Assembly (NCBI GenBank): GCA_905178155.1
Contig: CAJINV010000001.1
Span: 2,097,904-2,161,903, forward strand
Direction of reading: 5' to 3'
DNA: 64,000 nt
From: Amoebophrya sp. A120
Lineage: Eukaryota; Protista; Dinoflagellata
Shown here: positions 25,494-39,557 of the stretch, piece by piece
Position numbering within the stretch: the stretch's first letter is position 1
Layout of the letters: each line of letters begins with the position of its first letter
Notes under the pieces: model-generated
Database searches by the model: none
The model's input: the letters and a program-made list of their open reading frames with translations, nothing else
What the model was told of the DNA's origin: nothing
Program-made: the position numbers and the translations under genes

Positions 25494-25795
25494 AAATCGA
25501 TAGTATCAGCATCCTTCGCAACACTTGCAGGGACACTACATCAAGCACAAGCGCTGCGTCATAGTACTCTTTTACTCATAATCAAAAACTACTGTACGTC
25601 TAGCTCAATGTCGTCGTCTCGGTCTGCTCGGACTCGGTGGGTGATTCTGAATCACAAGCCCGAGTGATCAAAAGTCGGCAGATCAAGTTGTAGCAGCAAG
25701 AAAAAGGACAATGAGCTAGCAGACAGAGTTCTGATGAAAGAAAAGTTTTTGATGAGCGCCGCACTAGCTTCTTTGACTTTGATCAAAGAATACTT

Positions 25796-26608
25796 CTAGA
25801 TGGCAACGTCGATCGATGTGTCGTCAATGGATTCAAGCAGGGACGTTTCCCGGTCGTCGTCCTCCTTCGACGGTTCCGGTTCGCGCTTATCAAGTGTAAA
25901 AATGTCTGGGTCTGGAAGAATGCGCGATTTGTCATGCTGCTTTTCCATGACCCATAAGGTCTGGAATGCCGGAGCTCGCATGACAGATTCTGCGAGACCT
26001 TTGCAATGCCTATCCTGCATGAGAAACTACCTCCCGACTTGGTCAAAATTGGGCGACTTTTGGTAATCACGCAACACAGATTTTTGCATGCTGCAGATTT
26101 AGCATGACAAGTTGCAATCTTCCAGACCCAGACATGTTTACATTTGATAGCGCTCCCCCTCCTGCAACTTCGCTTGCGCGCTTTGCGCCAGCGCCGTGGC
26201 AGCCGCGAGGTCTGCAGAAGTAGCTGGTGGTGTTCCTGCGGCGCGCTCAGCAGCGTTCATTTTGTCGGTTGTGGTGACAGAAGCTGCTCCTGTCGCAGCT
26301 GCAGCGGCGTCCAGGACGACCGGCGCGCCGGTCCCAGTCAACGCCTTCTCCTCTGCGTCGCCCGTGGCTCCGACCAGGTAGGAAAAGAAGCTGACCATTT
26401 TTTCACCGATGAAGCTCAGCCGGGGCTTGTTGTTGTCTTCGCGGCCCCGGTTCGCGCGGCCCAGAGCGCTGCCGCGGAACCGGGGTCTCTTGCCCACTGT
26501 TCCGGACACGGTGGCGGGCCGCCCGATGAAGCCTTTGGTCGATCCCACACACATCAGAGCGAGGACCATCAGCGTGATCGCGCTCGGACTCCGGACGAGA
26601 ACAACCAT
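25796..26608 (-). CDS. Small hypothetical protein with signal-peptide-like N-terminus
   Basis: N-terminus MVVLVRSPSAITLMVLALMCVGSTKG. Removing introner 25888-26149 gives QEGER-EPEPSKEDDD...VAI-stop. Confidence 0.6.
25888..26149. mobile_element. IR introner, family C
   Basis: TIR containing TGTCTGGGTCTGGAAGA; TSD GCGCT. Confidence 0.92.
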
Positions 26609-27942
26609 TTTTGTTTTTGATATAACCGACGGTGGTGATCTGCTTGAAAGATTGTTGCTTCAGATTTCTCGGTCGGAATAAAACAGTTTACGAGTAGTTT
26701 CTGAAAAACTACTAAGTACTTTGTAATTGTAGTGCTAGTGCTGTGCTTCGACTTGACTTTCAGTTGTGCGCAAAACTTTTCTACTGCAGCAAATTTGTAG
26801 TTGAGTCGTAGTGATTGTTGGCCTAAAAAAGGAGCGTTTTTTGGGGCAAGTATCTAGTTAGAATTGTGGAGCTGGTTTTGAATTTGATGTCGGTTTACAT
26901 TCAGAAAAAACGGAAATTGGCACACGAATCGTTGACTTGCATACTCATGTTTAGTATTTGCGAACGAAAACGAATGAAAAGGAAAAACGACACGAGCTAA
27001 TTCGGAATATTGCATGTACGAACGACCACGAGCACGACCGAGACCATGAAAGAGGAAATAAGACACCGACTAGATTGGTAGAGAACTAGACTTCATCTAA
27101 GTTCAAATTCAGATTGAGACTGTACGACTGTACGTTGCACGGACGATGCAGGAACTTCCAAAAAGGACGAATTCACCGAAAATAGAACGTCAGACGCAAC
27201 CGATTTAAAAGGGCCTCAGGAAAAATGAACTCGAAGTCAGTACTTTGTTGAACAAGAACACAAACAAGATGCACCAATCCAAGTTCCCAGTGATTGGACC
27301 ACCACGACTGTACAGAAGAAAGCGGAAGGGGAAGCGCAAGAAAAAATCAGAAGAAGAGGAAACAAAAATCGGCAACATTATCGTGCAGCATCTACGTAAT
27401 GGTAGTGGCATGGGGAAAAGCAGCAATTACAATTAGGTTTTTTCGTCGTCAGGTACATTTTATGTCGTTTCATCGCTAGGCCGTCGGGAGTTGCTCCCAC
27501 ATTATACTTTTATAGTTTTTCAATTTAGTTCTTTGAGTTGCAGCTCCTGCGGAAGTGTAAAGAAATCAGCTCCACAGGAAGAAGAACTCATCTGTTCTAT
27601 GAATGTCACGCTAGCTGCGTTCATGATGCGCTCGCAAACGAAATCAAAAAAGGCTACAAAATCGACAGAAACGGTGGTGCAATTGTCGTGGTTATTCATT
27701 TGTATGTATAAACTGAGAAGCTGTTGGTTCTGCTTCAACAATTTGGACGCCTTAATGCTATTGTGCAACCCCAAGTGAGTTTTCGTCTATATCCATTTTT
27801 TGTCGACCACTTTATCTTCGTATCCGTAGTACGTATTGTAATTGTTCTTTTACTTTTTCCAAAATAGGCAAGAAAACCCGGAGGCGGCATCAAGTGCAAC
27901 GACTTGACCATTTCCATTCATCACCATGCTGTTCGAACTTTT

Positions 27943-30900
27943 TCACCGCGAAGGCGCACTGGGGCTCGAGTTTTTAGCAAGGAGACACCCGCTGGTTCCG
28001 GCCTGCAGAGGGAAAGGCAACCGGGAGGAGGTTGCCAAGTTTCCGAAGCTGAACGTGTTTGAGTTTTTCCGGCTGTCCCGGCCGAACCCGAACCGCGGGG
28101 TTGGAATCGGCGACGGCACGGCGCTGGAGTGAGGTGGCCCACGCGTCGGAAAAAGGAAACTCGTCGCACTCAGGGCTGCGGTCTGTTGCGCCGCCGGCTG
28201 CAACAGCTGTCGGGGCGTCGTCAAAAGCTGCGCAGGGGTCGCGCTACCGGAAGAAATTTTGCTGGTGCCCGATGGCAAAGAACACGACACAGCAGAGGGA
28301 GGACGCTGCACCTCAGCTTCTTGGTGTTCTTGCTGTTGACTGGTCGTGCTCGTCGTGACCACAGGAATTACAGGGGCGCTGGTCAAACTACTCTGTTTCA
28401 TTTCTCCTTGTTCCGGCCGTGGCGGCTGTTGTTCCCGGGGCGACCACAATGGGCGCAGCCCGGCGTGCGCAGCGGGTGCTGGAATTTTGGGCTCCTGAAG
28501 TGTGGGCGTGACAAATTTAGTTTTATTACCCGTCTTCAATTCATGAGATTGATCCGCGGCTGGTGGAATTACAACTCCGATCGTGCCAGCATCCAATTTA
28601 TTTCCAGCATGATTCATCTGATGAACAAACGACCCTGCTGCGAGCATTGAGCTTTTGCTTCTCAGAGCCGCCGAAGCAGAAAGAGAAGGGGATGGTTGTA
28701 ACAATCTCCTGCGAGACGTGCTACTGGTACTAGCAGACTCTACTTCTAGCTGAAGTTGATGCTGCATGCTCTTAGGCTGGACGCTGGCCGACCGCAATTG
28801 CGGCCCTTCTAGGCGGGTAGTCGTTACTCCCATCATCTTCCTTTCCCGTTCGAGCGAGCCGTTTCGTCGGTCAGAAAATTGGAACCCGGTGGTAATCCCG
28901 CCGGGTCGCAAAAAGCGACTCGCGGAGCGCCCGCGCCCGAGAATGGTCGTCTGCTGATTTATTTTTTCTGCCGTCACTCCTGCCGGCGCAAAGCACCCTT
29001 CTATTTTTCCATGGTGCAGCACATCACGTTGCATCTGGAAATCTTCGAAATGGTTATCACACAGTGCGTTCCCGTCTCCCACGGTTGTTCTGGCGTACGC
29101 TTGCTGACCAATGACTTCATTATCAATTCCCGAAGGAGAAGCAGCAGCAGCTGTTGCAACTGGAACAGGAACATTCGTACCAATCCTTTCACTGCTATTT
29201 TGCGGCGGATTTTTGACAGCATGGTGTAGTCCTTGATCGTCGTCTAAGGAATTATCGCTCGGAACGTCTACATCTTGTTCAACAAAAACTACATCAGCTG
29301 CATTCTCATCACTATTATTTCCATTTTCCCAAGTGCTGGCGTCTGCTTCCGTTTTATTCCGCGCCTGCAGCTTCACCTGCTGCCCGCCACCGTCTTTGTT
29401 CATCTCATCACGATCCCCGCCGCCCCCGATTCCCGGTGGGAACAGCGACAATTTCGGCGGTGTGAGGCCAAGCGAAAATTTGATTGAGGTTGGCGTCGGA
29501 ATCGCAACCTTGTTCTGCTCCGTTTTCGCGGCCAAAATCTGCGATGTACCCGGCAGCGGCCGCGGCGAAAGCACAACGGGACTCATACTCAACGGCGTAG
29601 TTCTCTGGCAAGCCGCACTCCGTGTGGATTGTTGTAGGCTTTGAACAATCTTCGCGGTACCATCACCACCACCACCAGAGTGATTTTTAACAAGTGTCGG
29701 GTCGTCGCTGAGACGTTGTCCACGCGCTGCACTGGGACTCGGACAAAGGCTCCTGCGCAACATCGAGGTTGAAGTTGTGACATTGCTATTGCCAGTCGGC
29801 GCCAGCCCAGTATTTTTCACACTGTTGGCCACCTTGTGCTCCGTTACGCCGCGACTCACAGGGGACGAGAATCTTGACGCACTGTTTCGCCGTGACAACG
29901 ACCCAGGCTGTAGTACTGTTCCAACTCCCATCAACGTATGCTGCAGCGGCGGCGGCGGAGCCAAAAACCGCTGTCCGCCTCCGACTACTTTGCGGATGAC
30001 TTTATTGGTGCAGCTTGTGGATGGGTTATCTCTATTTGACGACGAAGCATTGAAGGTCGTCGTTGTTGGCGCGCATCCGCGCCGGCCCAAGCTGGTGGTT
30101 GTGCCGCAGGAGCTTCCGACGGACAAAAGCCGGTGCATCCGCGGGCTTTTCGGGTGGAAAATTTCCTGCTCCTGGTGTTCTTGCTGTTGTACTGTAATGA
30201 CACCCGGAAGCTCGTGCTCGTCGGACACGACCTGAGCGTGAGCGACCGGGGCTGCAGTAGCAGTTGCTGCTGGTGCTGGCTCTTTTGCATAAGCACCCGC
30301 CCCAGGAGTTGCTGCACTTCTACTATCAGCCGGCTGCACTTCGAATCCTCGTGGCGTACGAAGTGTCACTTTCTCGTCCGGACGCGCATTCTGAAAGATC
30401 GTGTAGGGGTTCGCAACGCCGCCTCGGTGTGTTCTAGATATTCAAGAAAAAAACACCATCTTCACAATCACGTTTGCACATTTTTGCAATACAAGAAATT
30501 TTTGTCATGCGCAAAAATGCATCACTACAGTCAAGAGATATAGGCGATTGCCCTTTGTGTTTTTGCAATACAATAAAAATTTGTCACGCAAGGCAAATTT
30601 CTGATGCAAAACCTCCTAAGTGTGATTGCGATGGTGTTTTGTTCTTAGTAGAGGAGAAGCCTGTTCTAGAAGTAGCGTCTGGATCCGGGAGCGCAGGTTT
30701 GTTGCGGTAGACAGTCGAACCTGACTTAGTTTCAATGGCACGCGAATCGACACCGTCTTCCTCTGACCAACTTGACGCCGGCTGCGGGGGCTCGAATAAA
30801 ACGGTCGGCGTGTTGACAGAAAGTTGTTGCGCTTGTCCAGCATCGGTTGGGGTTGCACTAGACGTACCGGTTGTAATACAGGTCGTTACGTTCTCCTTCC

Positions 30901-33900
30901 CCGCACCACTGGACGAGATGTTGAAAGTCGATAAATCATGAGCTGTGGTGTCATTGTGCTCGACGAAACAAGATGCGCCTTCAACCGTTGAACTACTGCT
31001 CCCAGGAACAGCATGGCCACCGCAAGACCCACCTCCTCCTCCACCGGAAACCGACGTCGCACCGTCTCCACCCAGCATAGAAGTGCAACCAGTCAAGTCC
31101 ATCATGGATATCTTAGGGCATTCCGTGGACGCCGCGGAACAGGGACTGACGCTATTCATCTTCTTCCAAGAAGCCCCGCCGGAGCTGGCGTTTCGGTGAA
31201 CGGTGGTGGTCACGGCCGCGTAGGTGCAGTCATTTACAACTTCGGGCGTTTTGCTCGTCGTAGCGTGGATGTTGTCAAGGTCTTCTACGTGTTCCTCGTA
31301 CACGGCTTTCTTGTTGACATCTTGATCCCAGAATGGCATTTTCGACTGAAGATTTTGTTTGGATACAGCCAAATCTGGTGCTGAAGCCGGCGTACTGGTT
31401 CTTGACGTCAACAACAGATGGCCCAAATTCAGTTTCGGAACCGCGCTTGCAGAAAAAGCGTAGGGAGGGGTCACACTGTCTGTGTTCGCCTTGTAGTTCA
31501 TGACTTTGATTTCTTCCTGGTTTGATAAAGATTCCGCCATCTTTCCAGCAGATGAAAATCCGCTGTTTGGACGGAAGAGAGCAGGAGCACTCGTCGTGCC
31601 CGTTTCATCATGATGTGTCGAATGGTCAACGCCCTTGTTGGTCGACGTGCACAAAGACTTCTGCGACCGCCGTGGGGGAATGACCTTCAGATTCTGCTTG
31701 CCCGAAGATAAAAGGGAATTCAAACTGTTTTTGCCGGCTGACGAGGTGGTAGCAGTAGCTGTGCTTGTAGTACTAGCGTTCTTCATCTCATGTTGCCAGC
31801 GACTCGAGTTCTTCGATAATTGTAGAGAAGCAGCATGACGGAGATGATTATAGCTCGCCTCTTTGCTTTTCTCTTGGTCATTCCGGAGATATTGCTGTTT
31901 CGTTTGTTGTTCGTGTCCGACACTATCATTAGTCACACTTTTTTGTTGTCCACCTCCAACTGCTCCTACACCCACCCTGAGTCCGTTCTTCATGTTCTTT
32001 TCCTTTTTTCCTCGAACGCGTCTCGCCTGCTGGTCTTCGGCTTCCTCATCGATAATGCCTTGCCGCTCTCCACAGGCACGCTGGTACGACGAGATGAACT
32101 GGTAGGTACCTCGAGTTGTACTACCATTGTTCTTCCCCCCAGTGACGTCGGCTGTCGAGCGCGACCGCTGCTGGCGGTTATAATTTTCTTCATGATCTCG
32201 TCTAGTACAACTCGAGGACCACGTTCGGAGGTGACCAACGGACTTACTCAACATGTCTGCTGGTGCTGCACCCCGACGGAGATGAACTTGAACCTTCTGG
32301 TTTTTTACAAACGCCGCACCAGAACAAGCCACAGGATAATCCTCGTCGTCCTCTGAAGATTCTTGACTTCCGGAATTATTGTTCTCCGAGTCGACGTCCG
32401 ATCCGCGGCCGTGCACCCCCGCATGTTGCTTGTTCGCCGGAACAACGGACGTCATTGGACGAGGCCCGCCCTCCCGAGCGTAGAAATCCTTGCCACAAGA
32501 AGCAAGAACATTCTCATGGTACACAACGTTTGAATTATCGGCATCCTCCTCGTCCTCGGAGAGGTTACTTTCCTCAGAAGATTCTTCGGAAGATTCAGAT
32601 TCATCTGTGCTGCTTACGACTACATCACTGTGACGAACGTCGTTCTTCCCCCGAACGGATGCCGATAGCAGGCGAGATTTTTGTTCCACTGCAGTGCCAG
32701 TACAACCAGGATCTACTTCGGGAAGATGCTTTTTGCTTTCAGGATCAACCTCCGCATGTTGATCATAGGGCGGAATCAGTCCCGTTCCCGTAGTACCCCT
32801 TTCCTCCTCCTCCTCGTCGCTACTGTAGTTGCATCCGTCTTCAGCATCGATGGCCTGACGAACGTGGTCTTGGCGATCTGCGGCTTCTTGCTTTGTTCGG
32901 TGTCCACCTCCCTGAACGCCAGCAGTTGCGCGTGTTAACATTTCTCGCCCAACGAAGCGAGGGGTAGCGGATTGAGGTACTAGTGGTGCCGCGTCTACAA
33001 CTTGCTCGACGCCAGTCTTCGTAGCGCTCATGCGGGAGCTCTTGCTCACCTTCTCGCTCACCACCTGCTCAGTCATTTCTATGGCTCCTGTCGCAACTGG
33101 ACTGTCGCCAGCGGAGAAGCCTCCACCTCCTTCCCCGTCTTTCTCTTCCGGAACCATCATCAACCCTCCGCCGGCACTACTGCCCAAAAGCGAACTTCCC
33201 TCCTGCATAAATAACTCGTTGCTGCTTTCCTCCGCCGCGATCTCCGATATGAACGAAGAATAACTCCGATCTTGGTCCGATTTGTTGTGTCCCGTCGTTC
33301 CAGGGGCGCCGCCGGAGGACGTACCATGTGAAGGACTGTGCCTAGTTTTCCGGCCAACCGCACCAGTGGGCGTTCTCGGGCTGGTGTCTCTGTCTCGCTG
33401 TGCAGAGTCGGAAAAGCGGCTCTGCTTCTGGTTCTGCTTCTGCTTCTGATTCGGCAGCTGCATATTACCGACCAGATTAGATTCGTTCTCCTCTGTATTC
33501 AACGTGGCTCCGCCGGTGGAAGAAGTACGTTTGTGCTTAGTGTTCGCTTTATTTTGCGCTCCTGCTCGCGCGGCAGCCGCGGCCACTTTAACTGCGCACC
33601 GATTCTTGAGCAGGCTGCTCTGCGTTTGTTCCATGTGACGCTTGATATCGCGGGACGAAGGGCCTGAATCAGAGTTCAAATACAAGAAATTGTTAGGCCC
33701 GTTTACCAAAAACGACTGCGCGCACCTCGTAGCAAACTGATACTAGATACAGCATGCAAGAGGAGCCCACAGCTCATCATGACCCACAGTGCGCAGACGA
33801 AGTAACATATTGTTTCCAGAGTAGAACCTATACGATTTTCTCCCCCGGCACCGCCACCTCGCTCTGCTCCGCCAGCCAACTGCAGGAGCGCCCTGGTCGC

Positions 33901-34143
33901 GGCTGAGTCGGGGTCACGCTGGTAACTCCGGAAGACTCGTCCACGCAGGCTAGGCTCACGCGGATCAACAGATGAGGACAGCGTCGCGCTGTCTTTTTTG
34001 GAGACGGCACTGGTTCTCACTCCGTGATGGGTCGTCGTGTACAGCATGCGCATCATATCTTGTGTCGAAGTAGAATTCGTGCAGGAGCTTGGAGTGAGGT
34101 CATTCTCAGTCTGTTCCTCTACCTGTTCCTCTACTTCGGCCAT
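27943..34143 (-). CDS. Very large Ser/Thr/Gln-rich disordered hypothetical protein
   Basis: The 1041-aa and 808-aa ORFs fuse in frame on removal of introner 30439-30647. ORF 33703-34143 can join through a plausible GT-AG intron. Confidence 0.6.
30439..30647. mobile_element. IR introner, degenerate, G-like
   Basis: TIR AAGAAAAAAACACCATC..CAATCAC versus GTGATTGCGATGGTGTTTTGTTCTT; TSD CTAGA/GTAGA; removal fuses two long ORFs. Confidence 0.8.
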
Positions 34144-34342
34144 GTCGTAATTTTGTTCCGCACCAAGGTCCTCCTGGAGTTGCCTAAAAAATGTTTATCC
34201 GTTCTTGTTTCTATGATCGTATTCTTACTTTATTGATTGCTCCTGCTCGCTATTTACAAAAATGCATGTTCATGATCAAGGCGCAGCCGCAGGAGCACAA
34301 CATCGCCGTACTAAAAATCGAAATGCACCACGAAAAAATTGT

Positions 34343-36668
34343 CTACTTCGTCTGCATCACCGGCGCGGAGTGGCGGCGATCTTGCTCCGTCGGCACGTCA
34401 GGGTTAATATGTTCCGCTGACGAAGACGAAGGATCAAACTCATCCGCCTTCAGTTCTTTCCGCCCACGGTGTCGTGGCGGTCCTTGACGTGGCTTTGCAA
34501 TCGTTGTACTACAAATCCCAGCGTTTTTAGTCCCTTCAGCGTCGCGAACTCCAGTTGTTCGCGTGCCACTTCCTCCAACGCAAAAGTCCGTAGTCATCTT
34601 TGTCTTGTTGTCGTCGTTAAAATAATCCCCACCAGTACTACAAGAAGTTTTCAGGGAGGTGCAGATCTGCATCATTTTCAGCGTGTTCTCTTTCAGGTGG
34701 CACAGTTCCACGTGGCTGTTCTCCACTTCCGTCAAAAGTCGATTGCGTTCCTTCCGCAAAGAATGCACGACTTCCTCCTCGCTGATCCGCATGTTCAGCA
34801 GGCGTTCCAGCTCGTCTTGCTCGCGCCTGGTGGTCTCCACCAGTTCTCTGCGCAGAGCGTCAGTGTGGTCTAACATCAGACGACTTCTGGTTTTTTCATT
34901 TTCTTTCTCTCCTCCCGACGGCACGTGATCTGTGCTGCACAGTAGATTCGCGGGAGCTGCTGCTCGAGTGCTGTAAAAAATCGGAGTTCGACGAAGATTT
35001 TTCTTTTTCGAGCTTCTATCTTCAGGACTTTATTCAGTTTCACGTGATTTCAAAGATAGCCATCAATTACAAGGAAAAAATCGCAAAGAGAAACAAACAA
35101 CTGGAACTGCAGAAAATGAAAACATGGACATCTCCTGTTCGATACTCCTCATGCAGCCGCCCAGAAGTTTGATCAAAATCTTCTGTCTCGCCTCGTCCAC
35201 CCCCCCGGCTGTCCTTGATTCCATCCTGTCGCTGCCGGACTGCCTGCTCCTTGGGGCTGCTCGGGCTGCCATCGTCCATCACCATCGTGTAATTGTCCCC
35301 TGCATCAGCGATCTTCATGTCCACCTCGTTGTATTTTGCTTTGTCTTTTTCACCCTTCTGCACCTCCTCAGTTCTTTCGGCAGCAGGTTTTCTAGCAGCT
35401 ACCGCATGGTCCACCTTTTCGTGATTGGCACCTGCTGCTGCACCCGGGCCACGTGGCACGGCTGGCAGCAAGGGGCTGATCGGGTCTTCATCCTCCTCAT
35501 CCAACTCCTCCTCCCTCTTAGATCCGTCGAACTCCCGCTGGGTGGACACAGCTTTTGCTGTAGTACTCTTCTCCCGTTGGTCCCGCCCTTCTCCAGGAGA
35601 ATCTTCACCAGATTCACTTCGAGGGCGGGATGATCCCTTCGCATTGCCCGCCAAGGAATTCCGTGTAGGAGGAGCTTTACCTGTGACCACCGGCAGCACA
35701 TCGTCCGGTTGATCTTCGTCAAACACAACATCACCCTCGTCCGGATCCAACGGCTTCGGCACTGCCGCGCGTGCACAGCTTTCCCGCCGCTCGTACGATA
35801 GGGCAGAAAGGAGCTGAGGTGATGCAACACTTCCCATCTCGTCAGACGTGGTCCTCGTCGCCGGGTTTGCCTTGTTTGAAGGAGAAGCACCAGCACGACG
35901 AGCTGTTGTTTTGCCACTATTTGCACCATGGCCAACATCTTCCTCAGCAAGAACAGAAGCCGACGTCGGCCGCGGTCGTGCAAGACCTTCTACATGGTCG
36001 TTGCTCTTTACAAGGTTTTGGGCTCTCTCGTCTGAGCACTTGTTAGGACCGCCTCCCTGTTTTTTTCCATTATCGTTGTCCTCGACTCGATCAGCTTTTA
36101 CTTTATTGATCCGCTCATCCACCGTGCCGCCAATCATCGTGGTCTCGACCACACTCGTGTTTCCATTTTCGTCTAGAAACTCCACCTGCTCCTCGTAGAC
36201 AAATTGTTCATCCTCGTCTGTAGCCGGATCTGTGCTGGTACAACGACCGGGTGGCTTCATAATCTCCGAAGAACCAGTAGACAATACTCCCCCACGACCG
36301 GTAGGTACTGCTATGTCCTCTTCCTCGCGTTCATCTTCTTCTTGAGTAACATCATCGTGTGGTCGCCCTCGATTTTTCAGGTGTTGGCCAATAGGAAAAT
36401 CATCCTCGCTGTCCGAGGAGTCCAATAAGGTGGTTGAGATTCGTGGGTAGCGATATAATGGCACTCCCTGCTCCGGAATGTTGACGGGCAGCTCTCGTGT
36501 GTCGTACAGCGGCGAGGCGCTCATGATGTTCATCATTATTGCGGCAGGCACCTCTCGTTCGTCTCCAGCCTCCTCGTTATCGATATTGTTCGTGGTCCCG
36601 AACACAGTTTGCGAGTGCGGTGCACTGGAAAACTCCGCATCGTCCGTCCTCGTGGGTGTCGTCGCCAT
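34343..36668 (-). CDS. Acidic disordered and coiled-coil exons; possibly the 5' part of the 27943-34143 gene
   Basis: ORFs of 533 aa and 193 aa (coiled coil DALRRELVETTRREQDELERLL). GT-AG junctions linking them in frame are possible but unproven. Confidence 0.5.
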
Positions 36669-37663
36669 TTTGATTATTTACGGAAAATGCCGTTTCTTCG
36701 GATTATTTTTGAGGTCGCTTTTACTGGCGCTCAACAACCAAACGCAAATGTTTGTGTTTCAAAGTTGTGACATGAGTGAGGGCTCGTGACCGAATAAGTA
36801 AATCTTCGGTCGAAAGAAACAAGAAAAGCAAAAGCAAAACTACATTTTTAATTTCAAATGGGTATAAAATTTTTTGCGGCCGTCGCAACGCACGTAGTCC
36901 TCTTTATCTTTGCCTACATCATCTTCGACCTTCTTGAGCTTGACCTTGATTGATCATCTTTGTTCCTTCAGCTGCACGATCGTTGTGTTTTTGGCTTTCG
37001 CGTAGTCCACACAAAACAACTGTCAACAGGGCGCGATCACTTTCGCAAATACTGTTCTGAAGTCATCAACATGATCGTCAAAAAACAGGTTCGAAGTCCA
37101 AGCAGGTTGATCTTTGCCACCATCTTCACATCATCTTTCTGCGTTCTCGTTCCACACACAGACACGCAACTTCTGGTGAAGAAGATGATCCCATCTACTA
37201 CAGCTGATCGAAATGAAGATGAACCATTACACACTGGCACTGCAACAAAAAAACTACTCTATGTCTATGTATGAAAAGCATCGTACCAGCCTCCATAGCC
37301 TCAGCCTGTCTAGTAAGCTATCAAGCTGCATACACGACACGCTCGCTTTTGCGGGTTCAACAGAATTTCTTTTGCGCGCACCGTGAAAATCTGTATCTTT
37401 TCCTTTCCGGAGTAGTGAAAAAACACACACTTGAATAGTTGGATTTTGCAAGAAGGATCAGTGTGATCTTTAAGTTTAAGTTTTTTACGACAGAGCTGCA
37501 ACATCAAGAACACGCGGAGCTACACATACACTTTTTGTCCATCCACAAAACCAAAGTGCTGCAGCTTTTTTGTCTTTTTTAGCGCCATCTTTGACATCAA
37601 AGCGTACTAAGATTCTGCGAATCGCCATGATCAGAATGCAGGTGCAAAATAAAATCGTTCATC

Positions 37664-38683
37664 TCAGCTTATTTTCACTTGAATCCTGGACATGATCCGG
37701 GACCGACAGATCGGGCAAGTATCCACTTTCCCCGAGCAAACCCCACATAACGCTAAGTGGCTACAAGGCCGAAGCAGCACGCTCCGGTCCCGTTCGAAAC
37801 AGATGCAACACAGACTTTGCTCCTCCAGATTCGTGGATCTCGTATCCAGTATTTCCCGTATGCGCGAAATCTGCCACTGCAGCCACTCCCGGTACGTTTT
37901 CAAGTCTGGCGTCGGTCGCTGCGCGAGCTCGTGCTGACTGCATTTCATTTGCGACAGTTTCTGTCGCAGCTCCGTGATCTCCGAGGCGATCTTGGCGCAG
38001 TCCAAAGACCTGCTCTCCACGTTGGCCCGCAAGACCTCCATCCGGCGCCGCGAATGCGTCGCGGCGATCAGCGACTCACAGGTGTACATGTGGTTCATCG
38101 CCATACCCAGCTCCGTGCGGAGAATCTCCGCGGACTGGAGAGCGGAGGTGGTGGGGCTACCGGGGATGTTAGAAGCAGTCGTGCCGCTAGTACTGGTGCC
38201 TCCAGGTGGTAGGACCACTGTACTTGCAGAACTGGCTCCAGCTGTTCCTGTTGCACCACCTGTTGTAGAACCACCTGCTACTGCTCGAGACCCTTTTCCT
38301 TGCCCAGGACCTCCGCCTCTACTAGAACTACTGGAGGCCGCCCCCGCCCCCGTAGTTGCTGTCCCACCTCCTGCCATCATTGACGCGTTGTATTGCCGCT
38401 GCCTGTCTGCTATCGACGCGAGCACTTGATCTTCCGTCGTGATCGCCATAGAGGTTGCTGCACTGTTTGCAGCCAGGAGTGCAGCAGCAGCCGCTGACGT
38501 CGTACCGGTAGAGCTTGTACTTCCCCGAGGTGGGGACGAGACGATCATCTCTTGAAACCCCCTTCTGGAGGACGACGAGGTCGTTCGCGAGGGAATCGGC
38601 GGCGGCTGCCCGGCGTGGAGCTGGGTAGTGCTGGCACCGAGCGCATCCGCCACGGACTCCAGAATTGCGATGTCTTCCTGCAT
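37664..38683 (-). CDS. C-terminal RING (C3HC4, IAP/MGRN1-type) E3 ligase-like protein with coiled coil
   Basis: CCICFERDRSVLLRPCSHLALCGVCSGKVDTCPICRSRI at the C-terminus. Probable ATG at 38683. Confidence 0.85.
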   Translation of the reverse strand: MQEDIAILESVADALGASTTQLHAGQPPPIPSRTTSSSSRRGFQEMIVSSPPRGSTSSTGTTSAAAAALLAANSAATSMAITTEDQVLASIADRQRQYNASMMAGGGTATTGAGAASSSSSRGGGPGQGKGSRAVAGGSTTGGATGTAGASSASTVVLPPGGTSTSGTTASNIPGSPTTSALQSAEILRTELGMAMNHMYTCESLIAATHSRRRMEVLRANVESRSLDCAKIASEITELRQKLSQMKCSQHELAQRPTPDLKTYREWLQWQISRIREILDTRSTNLEEQSLCCICFERDRSVLLRPCSHLALCGVCSGKVDTCPICRSRIMSRIQVKIS

Positions 38684-39557
38684 GGTCTGTGACTGTGCTG
38701 TTTTGGTTCTGCAGCGGCCAAGCAGCGACAACAAACGAGTTCGCCGTGCTGGTTTGATTGCCGGCCTGCAACTACAGGTAAGTCGTTCTCTTTCTTCATA
38801 TGATGTTGATAAAGGTAATGGGTAAGGGTAACTCGAACTCGCAAGACATACAAAAAATGTCACTCGATGATGTAGGAGCCATTTTCACTTTGACGAACCT
38901 TCATCTTGCGTTAGCGGCCCCTTGGGAAAGCTGTATTGAAGAGCTTCGGCTTCGCTCTTAGTCTTTCAAAAAAAAAGACCACCGCATGAGTGCTCCAATT
39001 GGCTTCATTGTAAGTAGAGAGTTCGCACTGTCAGTGGTCTTCGACTCGCATCTTCGCTCGTCTTTTTTTTTTTGCTCGATCCGCACACTCAGCAACAAAA
39101 AAATCATGATGGCACCACGAGAATCACGACCAAGAAAAGGCCACGTAAAAGAGTAAAAACATCGACAGTGAGGTAACGTCGGCAGGTGACACCCAGGAAG
39201 ACTCGAGGCTTTTCAGGTGCGGTCATAGCTTTAGCTACAACAAGTGCAGCAGCTTCATGCATATTTGCTTTGTGCGATCATTTTCTGTTGTAGTTATAAC
39301 ACTCCAAACAGGGGCGTGACGGCAGCCCCGTCCTCGTCACGTCTGCCCAGGATGGCCGCAACAAACAACATTTACTAGTGAGAATTGAGCTGAGCAGTTA
39401 TGGCACATGAGAAGTTGCCTTTGGGGAAGGTGGGTAGATGGTCGTGCATTAGGTTTAGGTAATGTACAAACTTCAACTTAACTGGTACTGAAAGAAAAGG
39501 CAGCAGGTAGCACTGAAGCCGCTGCCGATCATACTGTAAACAAACATGTTGGAAGAA